Shown: positions 53,130-62,552 of the stretch, piece by piece
Numbering within the stretch: the stretch's first letter is position 1
Layout: each line of letters opens with the position of its first letter
Origin: a virus
Length of the DNA: 64,000 bases
Direction: 5' to 3' (one strand)
Virus record (IMG/VR): IMGVR_UViG_3300032722_000006
Coordinates: 81,284-145,283 of that record
Notes under the pieces: model-generated
Database searches by the model: none
Told to the model about the DNA's origin: nothing
The model's input: the letters and a program-made list of their open reading frames with translations, nothing else
Position numbers and translations under genes: made by a program

Positions 53130-53483
53130 TCACTGCCGGGGATCGGGACCCGGTGTGAAGTTGGACGGGACAGGCATCTCCCGCCGGACGACCCTCCACG
53201 GGTGTGCCGTCGCCGGCCGGTCGTTCCGGTGCCAGCGGGTCTTCCCGTGGAGGGTCACCTTCCATGCGAAGGTGTTGAGGAGTCCGATGTGATTCTCCAC
53301 CGCACCTCGCAGGTTGCTGTTCCACCACTTGCGACAGCGTTCACTCTTGGGGTTGTACTTCGGCCCACGTGGGTGGGACAGTCGCCACGTGAGGGCGACG
53401 ATCTGCGGGTAGGTCATCCCGCGGTGGGCCGTCTTGGCCAGTGCATCGAGGATCCGAAGGGTGATCGAACGGTGCTTGATCAT
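53130..53483 (-). CDS. hypothetical (HTH-like) protein
   Basis: leaderless promoter. Confidence 0.65.
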   Translation of the reverse strand: MIKHRSITLRILDALAKTAHRGMTYPQIVALTWRLSHPRGPKYNPKSERCRKWWNSNLRGAVENHIGLLNTFAWKVTLHGKTRWHRNDRPATAHPWRVVRREMPVPSNFTPGPDPRQ

Positions 53484-53497
53484 GACCAGATCCTATC

Positions 53498-53680
53498 TCA
53501 GATCGTCGTCACCTTGCACAGTTCACGGTAGAGGACGGCGAAGGGCGAATCGCCCACGGGCTTGCATGAGCGATTGTGAACCGCCTCGCCGAAGAGGTCC
53601 TCCATCTCTTGCTTCAGGAGGCGCGCCTCGTCGTGGGTCATGGTGACGTCCAACACGAATGCTCTCTTGTATGTTACCAT
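53498..53680 (-). CDS. hypothetical protein
   Basis: leaderless promoter. Confidence 0.65.
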   Translation of the reverse strand: MVTYKRAFVLDVTMTHDEARLLKQEMEDLFGEAVHNRSCKPVGDSPFAVLYRELCKVTTI

Positions 53681-53728
53681 GGTCAGATCCTAACACAGAA
53701 TGGAACTGTGTTACACCGTGGTATATAA

Positions 53729-54331
53729 TTGAACATGCCCGCCCCTCGTGACCTGATGCCCTACAAGGACGCAATCGTTCGTATGTTCTGCGAAGAACGA
53801 CTTCCACTCACGACAATCGCGCAACGCGTGACGGAAATGGGAGAACCCGTCAAGCGCGTACGTCTACGTGCGTTCATCAACGAACTTGAGCTTACACGTC
53901 AATTTCCTGCACGAAAGCACACGTACAAGACGACGTTCGAGCCTCAACTTAAGTTGAAGGCACCCGTCAAGTGCAAATCATGCGACAATGATTTCATACG
54001 CTCGGTCGCATGGCAAACACATTGCCGCGCTTGCATTCCAACACACTCAGCATCAAACTGTTACCACAATCACGGCATCACGCTTCCTCAGTATGAGGCT
54101 ATGATCGTAGCGCAAGGAAACAGGTGTGCAATTTGCACGATGATATTCGATCGTGCCATGCGAAAACTTGTTCCTCACATTGACCATGATCACACGTCGG
54201 GCGAAGTTCGTGGCCTATTGTGTGCGAGCTGCAACGTCAAACTTGCGGGTGTTGAACAGGTCGATTGGCATGAACGAGCGTTATCCTATCTCGCAAATCC
54301 ACCAGGCGTTCCGAAGACAACGTCTTCGTAA
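53729..54331 (+). CDS. endonuclease VII-domain homing endonuclease
   Basis: Q.NRCAIC...HIDHDH..G.VRGLLC.SCN..L; opposite strand to neighbours. Confidence 0.88.
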   Translation: MNMPAPRDLMPYKDAIVRMFCEERLPLTTIAQRVTEMGEPVKRVRLRAFINELELTRQFPARKHTYKTTFEPQLKLKAPVKCKSCDNDFIRSVAWQTHCRACIPTHSASNCYHNHGITLPQYEAMIVAQGNRCAICTMIFDRAMRKLVPHIDHDHTSGEVRGLLCASCNVKLAGVEQVDWHERALSYLANPPGVPKTTSS

Positions 54332-54483
54332 CCTTCACCAAGATGGAGATCGTGCCAGCGTCGAGCTTCTTCAAACTCATAGTCATGATCGAAGTTGCAT
54401 AGACTACAGGGCTCGTAGTCACAATTGCAGGTGAAGTGATCCTTTGCCTGGTGATCGTGGCCACAGAACTCACATGGGTTCAT
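54286..54483 (-). CDS. Cys/His-rich small protein
   Basis: C..CGHDH / C..CNFDH repeat. Confidence 0.55.
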   Translation of the reverse strand: MNPCEFCGHDHQAKDHFTCNCDYEPCSLCNFDHDYEFEEARRWHDLHLGEGYEDVVFGTPGGFAR

Positions 54484-54619
54484 GCTCGTCCTCCTCCCTC
54501 TCTGGGAACCACTGGTCGTTGAGTTGCGCCTGGAGCTCGTTCTCCGAGTCGGGCGTGGGCGGCGGCACGCGGACGAGCACGAACGCGTGCCAGATGCGTG
54601 CCAACAGCCTGCGGATCAT
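54470..54619 (-). CDS. small hypothetical protein
   Basis: leaderless promoter. Confidence 0.55.
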   Translation of the reverse strand: MIRRLLARIWHAFVLVRVPPPTPDSENELQAQLNDQWFPEREEDEHEPM

Positions 54620-54649
54620 GGGTAGACTGTACCACGGATCGGGCTTGGG

Positions 54650-55009
54650 TTACACTGCCACGGCAGGCTCACGCAGGACGTTCTTCTCCGAACAGAGCGT
54701 CCCGTCAGACGGGTAGACGCGGTACCAGCAGCTCCCGTACGGGAACTCGAAGATCTCCATTCCGCTCGCACGTCCGTTGTACAGGACGCCCTTGAGCGTG
54801 ATGCCGGCCGGTAGGAAGAGCGGGACCGGGTTGTTCCGTTCGAAGCCCTTCGTGACCGGGATGCCGTCCTCCCACGTCTCACCCGTCCAGTCGACCTTGT
54901 GGTACTCGCACTCCTCGACGAGGGTCACCTTCATGACGCACGATTCCGTGCCGTCCTGAGCGTTCTCTTCTGCGTAGAGCGTGACTGCGTTCGGGTTCTT
55001 GACGAACAT
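54650..55009 (-). CDS. hypothetical protein
   Basis: promoter + SD GGAGG. Confidence 0.65.
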   Translation of the reverse strand: MFVKNPNAVTLYAEENAQDGTESCVMKVTLVEECEYHKVDWTGETWEDGIPVTKGFERNNPVPLFLPAGITLKGVLYNGRASGMEIFEFPYGSCWYRVYPSDGTLCSEKNVLREPAVAV

Positions 55010-55094
55010 GGGTGCCTCCAACGCAGTGCAGCGGATGCACTGCTAGGTTGATGGTCAAATTCTATCACTGTCGGACCTGGACTTGCACCTCACT

Positions 55095-55373
55095 TCATGT
55101 TCTTGATTTCGCAAGTCTGCGCTTGATCCTCATCTCCTTCGTCTTGTTGCGGTAGTCGAGCAGGAGGTCACCGAGGTCCATGTCCTCGAGGTAGAAGATG
55201 TCCTCCGGGAGGCGACTCTTGGCCTTGTCGTCGGAGTTACAGGCGTTGACGAGGAGCTGGCCCAGGCGCAGCTCAGGATTCTCGAGCCACGTTGCCATCA
55301 GCCCCTCGATGATGAGGCGCTTCTGCCAGTGTTCGGCCGCTCGACGGGGAAGCTTGGGAGGCGTTGAGTTCAT
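55095..55373 (-). CDS. hypothetical protein
   Basis: W..NPELRLGQL...FYLED motif; leaderless promoter. Confidence 0.7.
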   Translation of the reverse strand: MNSTPPKLPRRAAEHWQKRLIIEGLMATWLENPELRLGQLLVNACNSDDKAKSRLPEDIFYLEDMDLGDLLLDYRNKTKEMRIKRRLAKSRT

Positions 55374-55405
55374 GGTCAGATCCTACCTCGTGTTGGGACG
55401 ATCGT

Positions 55406-55750
55406 TCACTCGTTTTCCTCTTCGTCATCGACGTCCGGGTCGCCCTTCACGTAGGGGATGCTCGGGAAGTAGTAGATCATGTCGCGGCCCATGTTGTCCT
55501 GCGACATCCGCCGCCATGCCTTGCAGATCTGGTCGATCGTGTCGCACGAGGAGTCCTCGTGGTGCATGACATCGAGGACGCTGGCAAAGAGCTCGCCGAG
55601 GTCGCCTGACCGGACAGTCACGCCCAAGCACTCCTTCCCGTACATCCCGCGGCCGGAGTACGACCGGACGTGGATGTCGACATCGCCCGCTCGGCGAACG
55701 GTCTCGAGCAGCTCCTGCAACGCGTGCTTCCGTGTTTCCGTGTTTTCCAT
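55406..55750 (-). CDS. conserved-looking phage hypothetical protein
   Basis: RSYSGRGMYG..C.G...DNMG...IYYFP. Confidence 0.75.
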   Translation of the reverse strand: MENTETRKHALQELLETVRRAGDVDIHVRSYSGRGMYGKECLGVTVRSGDLGELFASVLDVMHHEDSSCDTIDQICKAWRRMSQDNMGRDMIYYFPSIPYVKGDPDVDDEEENE

Positions 55751-55824
55751 GGTCGTATCCTATCATTGAAAGCCGATGGCTTACACTGAGGCTTTCCACC
55801 TCCGTTCGATGCTGCGTTGCACCG

Positions 55825-56028
55825 TTAGGCCTTGGCACTGACGTCGGTCGCGACCGCGTACCCCGTGATGTAGGCATCGAGGTGCGACCTCTCCTGGAAC
55901 TCAAGCGGGTACCCGTCGTACTGGATTATGACGAGCGGGAAGATCGTGTCAGGATCCTCACACAGTGTGATGAAGGCGACGAGCAACTCCTCGTCTGTCG
56001 ACGACCAGTCGGGACGGTATGTCTTCAC
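55825..56028 (-). CDS. hypothetical protein
   Basis: leaderless promoter (GTG). Confidence 0.6.
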   Translation of the reverse strand: MKTYRPDWSSTDEELLVAFITLCEDPDTIFPLVIIQYDGYPLEFQERSHLDAYITGYAVATDVSAKA

Positions 56029-56164
56029 TGTCCGATCTTACAACACGATCAGACCGACTTGCACCCCATCTCTTCTGCGCAGTTCTCGCAGCACCGGGGC
56101 GTTGCCATCGCCATGCCCTGCCCGGCGGGCGCATCCCTCACGGAAGGCGCAGTTTCACTGCACT

Positions 56165-56440
56165 TCAGCTCCTCCGGCGGCGTCGGTGGCCGGTCACCGT
56201 GCCGTCGCCGTCGCCGTTGCCGTTGCCGTAGCCGTCGCCGTAGCCGTTGCCGTAGCCGTTGCCGTAGCCGTTGCCGTTGCCGTCGCCGTAGCCGTAGCCG
56301 TTGCCGTTGCCGTTGCCGTAGCCGTAGCCGTAGCCGTTGCCGTCGCCGTTGCCGTCGCCGTAGCCGTAGCCGTTGCCGTAGCCGTAGCCGTCGCCGTAGC
56401 CGTAGCCGTTGCCGATGGGCTTTGTCACAGTTAGCATCAC
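56165..56440 (-). CDS. Gly-(Tyr/Asn/Asp) repeat protein
   Basis: (G-Y/N/D)35; coupled to upstream ORF. Confidence 0.65.
   Translation of the reverse strand: MMLTVTKPIGNGYGYGDGYGYGNGYGYGDGNGDGNGYGYGYGNGNGNGYGYGDGNGNGYGNGYGNGYGDGYGNGNGDGDGTVTGHRRRRRS
56201..56410. repeat. hexamer tandem repeat (GCCGTN)35
   Basis: 210 bp, variation only at position 6. Confidence 0.95.
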
Positions 56441-56766
56441 AGACCCCAGCTGTCATCGACTGGAACGCGGAAGAGTTCACATTCAGCCGGGACGTTGAAG
56501 CCATTGGCTAGCGGAACGATCTTCACGTCCTTGCACTTCGGATTCGCGACCATCCCATCGAATCCAACATTCGACCAATGACGCACGTGGAGCGCCCGCG
56601 TGACGAGGATGCGACTATCCTTCTCCTCGAGGTCGCCGGCGACGATCCAACCACGATCGAGCACAAGCACGTGACGCTTTCCCGGGACGATGGGCGATGC
56701 GATGCTGTCGGCGCGTACGTACTTCACGCCATCGAGGGTGATTTCTTTGAGATTGCAATTTGACAT
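56437..56766 (-). CDS. Sm-like/DUF6948-like small protein
   Basis: VLDRGW...G.L......A...R.W. Confidence 0.6.
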   Translation of the reverse strand: MSNCNLKEITLDGVKYVRADSIASPIVPGKRHVLVLDRGWIVAGDLEEKDSRILVTRALHVRHWSNVGFDGMVANPKCKDVKIVPLANGFNVPAECELFRVPVDDSWGL

Positions 56767-56830
56767 GTTCCGTTCTCCTTGACTGTCATGATCCTACCAC
56801 ATCGGAAGGCGCAGTTTCACTGCACTTCCT

Positions 56831-57046
56831 TCACGCAGACTTGCGCTCGTGCACGAGCTCTGCACAGTCATCGCAGCACCGAGGCACGGCGTGCTGGCGC
56901 TCGAGCTCTGCATCTCCGTCCCAGTACGACAGGAAGTCGCGGCGAACGAGCACCCTTCCGCAGTCCTCGCATCGCGGGCGGCCGTCCGAACGCGTGCTCT
57001 GGGGAGACTTCAGTGCGATCAACCTGCGCTTTGTGGCGTCATTCAT
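56831..57046 (-). CDS. zinc-ribbon small protein
   Basis: CEDCG...CCDDC; leaderless promoter. Confidence 0.65.
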   Translation of the reverse strand: MNDATKRRLIALKSPQSTRSDGRPRCEDCGRVLVRRDFLSYWDGDAELERQHAVPRCCDDCAELVHERKSA

Positions 57047-57283
57047 GTCACCACTCTACCACGGCGGTCCCGCGCCTTGCACCGCAGCATATATTCGTAC
57101 GTTTCGGCTGTATTGTCCAGCACGGTGTGGGCACGAATATTCTAGGGTGCTGCTCTAGAAGAAGGAAGTGCAGCTCGGGCACTTCCGTAGAAAGAGCACC
57201 GGCGGGACATCCCTTTCGGGAGCCCGCCGTCGGGGGTCGGACCCGCTAGTGCCGCCGGCGTCGTGTCCCGCCGGACGTTCTGT

Positions 57284-57943
57284 TCAGACCGCCTCGGCCT
57301 GCGCCTCGGACTCGGCCGCCGCGGCGGGGGCCACGTCGCTGGTGAAGGCGTAGTGCACCTTCTCGACACCGTCCAGCTGGACGTAGCACCGGATGCGCTG
57401 CACCTTGGTGAGGGTGCCCACCTGCCCGATGAAGCGGGGGTCGCCGCCGGTGACCGTGACGCGCTGGCCCGCCTCGAGCTTCGTGTTGAGCGCCCGGATC
57501 GTGCTGTTCTCCCGGTTGAAGTGTTGAATGTGAGCCGCGAGCACCGTGAGGTCGGCCGCGCTCAGGTTCGTCGTGGCCTCGTTGAAGAGGAGCTGCGCGT
57601 CCTCGCTGAGCGCCCCGAGCTTCGACGCCGCGGCCTGGACCTTGGCGAGGTGAGCGGGGCGGGTGTTGGCGCTCCGGGCAGCGAGCTTCTCGGCCCGCTT
57701 GGCCTCGCGCTCCGTCTTCCGTGCGGCGCGCTGCTCGGCGATCTTCGCCTGCCGGGCGCTGCGCTCCTCCTCCGTGATGCGGGGGCGCGGGGTACCCGCA
57801 GCGGGGGCGGCGGGAGTGCCGTCGGCGTTGGGGGTGGCCTTCGCGGCCTGGCGCTTCCGCGCCGCCTGGAGGGCAGCGTCGATGGCGGTGACGCTCTGGT
57901 CGGTGGTGGACTCGGTGGTGGTGACTTCGGTGTTCTCGGACAT
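57284..57943 (-). CDS. Ala/Arg-rich protein with C-terminal KOW/SH3-like domain
   Basis: LEAGQRVTVTGG...GQVGTL; SD GGAG. Confidence 0.65.
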   Translation of the reverse strand: MSENTEVTTTESTTDQSVTAIDAALQAARKRQAAKATPNADGTPAAPAAGTPRPRITEEERSARQAKIAEQRAARKTEREAKRAEKLAARSANTRPAHLAKVQAAASKLGALSEDAQLLFNEATTNLSAADLTVLAAHIQHFNRENSTIRALNTKLEAGQRVTVTGGDPRFIGQVGTLTKVQRIRCYVQLDGVEKVHYAFTSDVAPAAAAESEAQAEAV

Positions 57944-58087
57944 TGTGTGTATCTCCGTAGCGTTGGATGTTGGGACTCGCAGTGCATCGAGTGCACTGCT
58001 TTGGTGCTCTCCGCACCGTTTCATGGTTCCACTCTAACCCCTGCGGTGGCCTTTTTGCACCACCGCAGGGGAAAGAGTTTCATCGTG

Positions 58088-58405
58088 TCACTGCTCCTCG
58101 GTCGCCTCCGGCGCGGGGGACGAGGCCTCGACCGTGGGGATCTTCGCCGCGTGCGGCTTGAACACCACGTTCTGCTCTCGCCAGGTCTCGACGACCTCGC
58201 CCTGCGTGACCTGGATGCGGCGCTTGCCGCCCGAGGGCTTCAGGACCGAGACACCGGTCTCGTCGAGTGCGATGCTGATGAGCCCCTCCTTGTTGAAGGC
58301 GCTCTGCTTGACCGCCTTCCCGTAGTACTTCCCGTCGAAGCAGACCAGGAACTGGTCGGCGCGGACGTAGGGGCGGCGGGGGTCACTCTTCTTCTTCATG
58401 GACAT
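58088..58405 (-). CDS. hypothetical protein
   Basis: promoter + SD AGGAG. Confidence 0.65.
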   Translation of the reverse strand: MSMKKKSDPRRPYVRADQFLVCFDGKYYGKAVKQSAFNKEGLISIALDETGVSVLKPSGGKRRIQVTQGEVVETWREQNVVFKPHAAKIPTVEASSPAPEATEEQ

Positions 58406-58530
58406 GGTGTTCTCTCCTGCGTGAGGAAGTGCATGATTGCACCTCCGTGTTGAGGTTCGCGGAAGATGTTTTCCTCTCCGCTTGATGGTTCCAATCTACC
58501 ACTGCGGTGGATCGGGTTACACCGTCGCTC

Positions 58531-58764
58531 TCAGTCGTTGAAGACGGTGACGGTGCAACCCAGATTCGAGTAGTACGCGGCGATCACATCGCCATCGGGC
58601 GTGCGCTTGAAGCCTTCAAGGTAGAACTGCACGTTCTTGCCGTCGACGTCGACCATGAACATCTGCTGGGGCCACTCGCCCGGGCGGAGCCCGAGGTCGG
58701 AGGCGTCGATCGACCCGAAGTTCGGGCCGTGCCACGTGACCGGTGATGTGGGATCCTTTTGCAT
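58531..58764 (-). CDS. hypothetical protein
   Basis: ASDLGL..G.WP...VFND; leaderless promoter. Confidence 0.7.
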   Translation of the reverse strand: MQKDPTSPVTWHGPNFGSIDASDLGLRPGEWPQQMFMVDVDGKNVQFYLEGFKRTPDGDVIAAYYSNLGCTVTVFND

Positions 58765-59806
58765 GGTCCGATCATACCTCCGTCAGCCGCCGGATTTCAC
58801 AGTCGCCGGTAGTGCTCCCGGGCGCCGTCAGCCATCCACCCGCAGGCGATGCAGCCCACACCGTAGAGGACAAACTCCCAGGGGGCGCCGGCGACAGCGC
58901 GCCAAATGCACAACCCGCCGAACCCCGCACCGATGACGACGTACATCCAAGGTCTCAGCACCATGTGTACATCCTACCTCGTTCGGCTCCGTCCTTGCAC
59001 TGTGCAACGTGTGCTACGTCCTTGGTAGAACAGCTGCATGAACACCACGAACCCGACCGCGAGGGGCGATCCGTAACGCGATCAGATCGCAATCGATCAT
59101 GATCTGCTCGCCTCCCCGCGCGGGCAGCAAAATGGGCCCGTGCTGGCGGTTCAAGCCTACGCATGTACTCGTGTACCGCGCGGACTCATAACGATTGCTC
59201 GTGCCAGCGCTCGGGCCGAAACCATACGACATCTTGATCCGCGCGTTAGACGCCCGCCCGCGGGCGCGAATGCGAGTGGCCATAGGTTGGGATCTGTGGT
59301 TGGGAAGATCCTGAAATGATTAGTGACGTGCGGAACGCGTGCGGAACGGGATCTGTGGCTCGCCGCGAACATGAGATCAACAGCGAAAGAGATCGCCTAT
59401 GATGACGATCTGTAGCGCCACGAGTGTCTCCCCTCCCCTTCCTCCCCACGTCACCCCGCATCCCTTTCTCAGCTGCACTCCCGCACCGTGGGTCAACACT
59501 GATATGGCAACTAGGGTATCGCGATTGCACACCGTTGTCAAAACGCCCCTCTGTGAGAAAGGAAGTGCATGTTCTCCGCGAGTTCCGCCTCTCTAGCCCG
59601 ACACTATCCTCGCCTGGCGAGCTGTAGCCTTGCTCGTGAGTATGTTCGCCCCACCGGTTGATGAGCAAGCCCGGGCAGGTGAACTTCATGGTTGGATCCT
59701 ATCAGGTCAGTCCCATTCTATGCACTGACGTTTTCAGCTCCCTCACCGTGCTGTGATCATTTCGCTGATGACTTTACGTCGACGAGCGACATGTCACGCG
59801 TTCCCG

Positions 59807-60199
59807 TCACTGGGTCGCATAGATCGTGTAGGTCGCTTGGCATGGCGAAGAGCCTTCGCAGCTGACCCACGCGGTGCCAGAGGCCGAGGACCCTTCGTAG
59901 GTGACTTTCGACATCACCGTGCATGTTCGCCCCGTTGCGACGTCGACGCAGCCCGCCGAGAGCGAACTGCATCCGGACTGGGTCACGCTCTCGCATGCCA
60001 GGGTGAACAGCGACCCGTCGTCGTCGAGCTGGGTGACGACCGCTTGGTTCGGGAATGCGCCGCAGTGCCCGCCGGGTTCCTCCACGATCGTCCTGACGAC
60101 GTACGTCGCCTTCGGATCCGCGCAGGGGTTGGCGTTCGTCTCCGTCGCACCGCAGTTGATGAGGGTGAGCGCTCCGATGAGTGCTAGTGTCTTGATCAT
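59807..60199 (-). CDS. Cys-rich lipoprotein
   Basis: signal + LINC lipobox; leaderless promoter. Confidence 0.7.
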   Translation of the reverse strand: MIKTLALIGALTLINCGATETNANPCADPKATYVVRTIVEEPGGHCGAFPNQAVVTQLDDDGSLFTLACESVTQSGCSSLSAGCVDVATGRTCTVMSKVTYEGSSASGTAWVSCEGSSPCQATYTIYATQ

Positions 60200-60297
60200 G
60201 AAGCCATCCTACCCATGGTCGATGCAAACTTGCACCGCCTTGCGTTGTGTATTGCTCATGGTCGTATCCTACCTCGCCGGTTCGTGTCGTTGCACAG

Positions 60298-60579
60298 TCA
60301 CTTGACCTTCTGCGACATGAACTCCATGACCTTCTTGCACTCGTGCTCGACGTGTTTCCGGGCGGGCTTGAGCGCGTGGAAGTGCTGCGTTCCCCGCGTG
60401 GGTGTCATGGCGAGGTAGTAGACGTGGTTGTCCATGTCGTACCCTCGACGGATCTTCCCCCACACTTGGTGGTAGTAAGAGTCGACGAGGACGTGTTGGA
60501 ACTCACGCTTCGGGTTGTAGTCCCAGGCGACGAATGTCTTTTTCACGGCTGTTGCGCCTGCTGGACGTTCCTCGACCAC
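60298..60579 (-). CDS. hypothetical protein
   Basis: ORF; start uncertain. Confidence 0.5.
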   Translation of the reverse strand: MVEERPAGATAVKKTFVAWDYNPKREFQHVLVDSYYHQVWGKIRRGYDMDNHVYYLAMTPTRGTQHFHALKPARKHVEHECKKVMEFMSQKVK

Positions 60580-60755
60580 TCTTCGCAGGCGAAGGAGATC
60601 TCTTCTCCCGTGAGCTTTCGGCGCAGGTCGAAGGAGATCGCGTCGAGTACGTCGTGGTTGGGTTCCCAGTCCGTGTCCTCGTCCACACTCCCGTTCCCGA
60701 TCGTGACGTTGTAGATGAAGTCGGCGATCTTTGCCTTCGTTGCCTTGTCGATCAT
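60543..60755 (-). CDS. hypothetical protein
   Basis: leaderless promoter. Confidence 0.65.
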   Translation of the reverse strand: MIDKATKAKIADFIYNVTIGNGSVDEDTDWEPNHDVLDAISFDLRRKLTGEEISFACEEWSRNVQQAQQP

Positions 60756-60930
60756 GGAATCATCCTACCTCGGTCGAGGGTTGACTTGCACTACGACCGG
60801 CGCGAGACGATGAGCCAGCACACGGCAGACGCGGCCGCGATCCCGACCTCGGCGCCTGTCGAATCGTAGACGACGTAGCCGAGGAGTGCAGAGGCGAGAC
60901 ACGCGGCAATCATGATGGGGGAGAGCTTGT

Positions 60931-61206
60931 TCATGGCTTCGTCCTGGTGACGGACTCGAACATCGCCTTGTCGCGAGCGAGCTCAGCGTAGCGCATCCCT
61001 TCGGGAGTGACCTGCATGCGTAGGAGTTCGACCTTGACTCCCGTTTCTCGCCAGCTCACCGCCGAGTTCAGAGCCCAACAGGTTGCAAAGACGCAGCCAA
61101 TGATCGTGACGATCGAACGCCACACCTTCGAGTACATCGTGTTCTCATCCATCTCGAGCTTCATGGTCTCTTCTCTCCTCGCGGCAGTTCTGTAGGGTCC
61201 GAACAT
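60931..61206 (-). CDS. membrane protein
   Basis: TM helix; leaderless promoter. Confidence 0.65.
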   Translation of the reverse strand: MFGPYRTAARREETMKLEMDENTMYSKVWRSIVTIIGCVFATCWALNSAVSWRETGVKVELLRMQVTPEGMRYAELARDKAMFESVTRTKP

Positions 61207-61220
61207 GGAAGCATCCTACC

Positions 61221-61592
61221 TCAGGCAGTCAGCGACTTGCACTGACAGTCTAGGGTCGCGGACTTGCACAGGTACACGATGTAGTTTCGCTCTTCGTCAT
61301 CCCGCGGGACGTAGACGATGTACCCGTCCTGGAGCGACGCGGACGGGTGCGCCTTGAGGCGGTCAAGGATCTTCTTGATCATCAGAAGGCTTCGGGCGTT
61401 GCCCTTCGGGCGATCACGTTCCTCGAGCTCTTCGTTGTGAAGAGGGTTCGAGTAGTACTTGCCCAAGCACCCGCACATGCAGCCGTGCTTGCCGCTGTAC
61501 GCTCGCAGGACGTGGTCAGGCGTGAGCGACTGGATGAAGGCATGTGCCTCTTCGAGCGTGATCTCACGGGTGGCGCTGGTGTTCGTTTCCAT
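61221..61592 (-). CDS. hypothetical protein
   Basis: YSGKHGCMCGC.G.Y motif; leaderless promoter. Confidence 0.7.
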   Translation of the reverse strand: METNTSATREITLEEAHAFIQSLTPDHVLRAYSGKHGCMCGCLGKYYSNPLHNEELEERDRPKGNARSLLMIKKILDRLKAHPSASLQDGYIVYVPRDDEERNYIVYLCKSATLDCQCKSLTA

Positions 61593-61624
61593 GGTTGTAT
61601 CCTACCAACGAAGTTGTGTGAGTT

Positions 61625-62323
61625 TCACTGCACGTTGAGGAGACCCTTCTTGACGAGCGCCTCGAGGGCGTACCGCTTCACGGTCGGCGACTTCCCATTC
61701 TTCGAGAGGAAGACGAGCGTCTCGCGAGATACGTTCGGGTGACCGATCGCATCGTTCTGGATCCCAGCCTTCTTCGTCTTCCGCGCACAGAGGTCGACGA
61801 TCGACGACGAGGCGCTCTTGTTGTGCAGGATGAAACACGCCATCTCGCCGCCGCGAGTGTCCTTCACCGGGTTCTTCTTTCCTGTGCCCTCGATCAGCTC
61901 GCGCAGGAGGGTGTCTGGGAACGACGGGTTGTCGACGAGGGAGATCGCGAACTTGTCGACGTAGTTGTCGTAGAGGTACTGCAGGATGCGCGGGTCGATG
62001 TTTGGATCGTGGAGGAAACCGCTGAGCGTCCAGTGAAGCGTCACGAGGAGACCTCCCTTCGCTTCCTCCTCCTGGAAGAGTGACCAGTCCTCGCCGACCT
62101 TGCGGTACCACGCCACGTACATGTCGACGAGGGGCTTGAAGTTCTCGAGCGTCGGGACCTCGTGGAGGATTCCCAACTTCTCGTAGTGATCGATGTGGTC
62201 CTGCGAAGAGGGACAGTTCCCACCCTTGCGGGTGATGTCCTTCTCTACATACCACTTGTCAGTGTGTCCCCTGGCGGGTGATCGGCGCAGGTACCAGTCG
62301 TACGTCCTTGTGGTCTCGCTCAT
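61625..62323 (-). CDS. protein with C-terminal helical (LRV/HEAT-like) repeats
   Basis: repeated NP/HP..S...L..L; leaderless promoter. Confidence 0.65.
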   Translation of the reverse strand: MSETTRTYDWYLRRSPARGHTDKWYVEKDITRKGGNCPSSQDHIDHYEKLGILHEVPTLENFKPLVDMYVAWYRKVGEDWSLFQEEEAKGGLLVTLHWTLSGFLHDPNIDPRILQYLYDNYVDKFAISLVDNPSFPDTLLRELIEGTGKKNPVKDTRGGEMACFILHNKSASSSIVDLCARKTKKAGIQNDAIGHPNVSRETLVFLSKNGKSPTVKRYALEALVKKGLLNVQ

Positions 62324-62552
62324 GGTTCCACTCTACCATCACTGGGTTAGGGTTTGCACTGCACATCACCGAGGCGGGGGACCGTGCCTTGCTTCGAACG
62401 CTGCGATGCGTTCTGCTTCGGTCGTGGGTCGAAAACCGACCGCCTCTCCTCGGGCGTTGAGGACGATCTCGTTGGTTGGGTTCACACGTGCCTTCTCGCG
62501 AAGTTGAGCGTACAGTTCCTTGCTTAGCATGGCACCATACTACCCCACGTGT

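Noticed and set aside
56201-56410. CRISPR-like array
   Set aside because: Contiguous 6-bp coding repeat with no spacers.
45292-58453. Long plus-strand ORFs (45292-46170, 51869-53158, 57263-58453) and similar ORFs elsewhere
   Set aside because: Antisense shadows of GC-rich minus-strand genes that have their own promoters and recognisable motifs.
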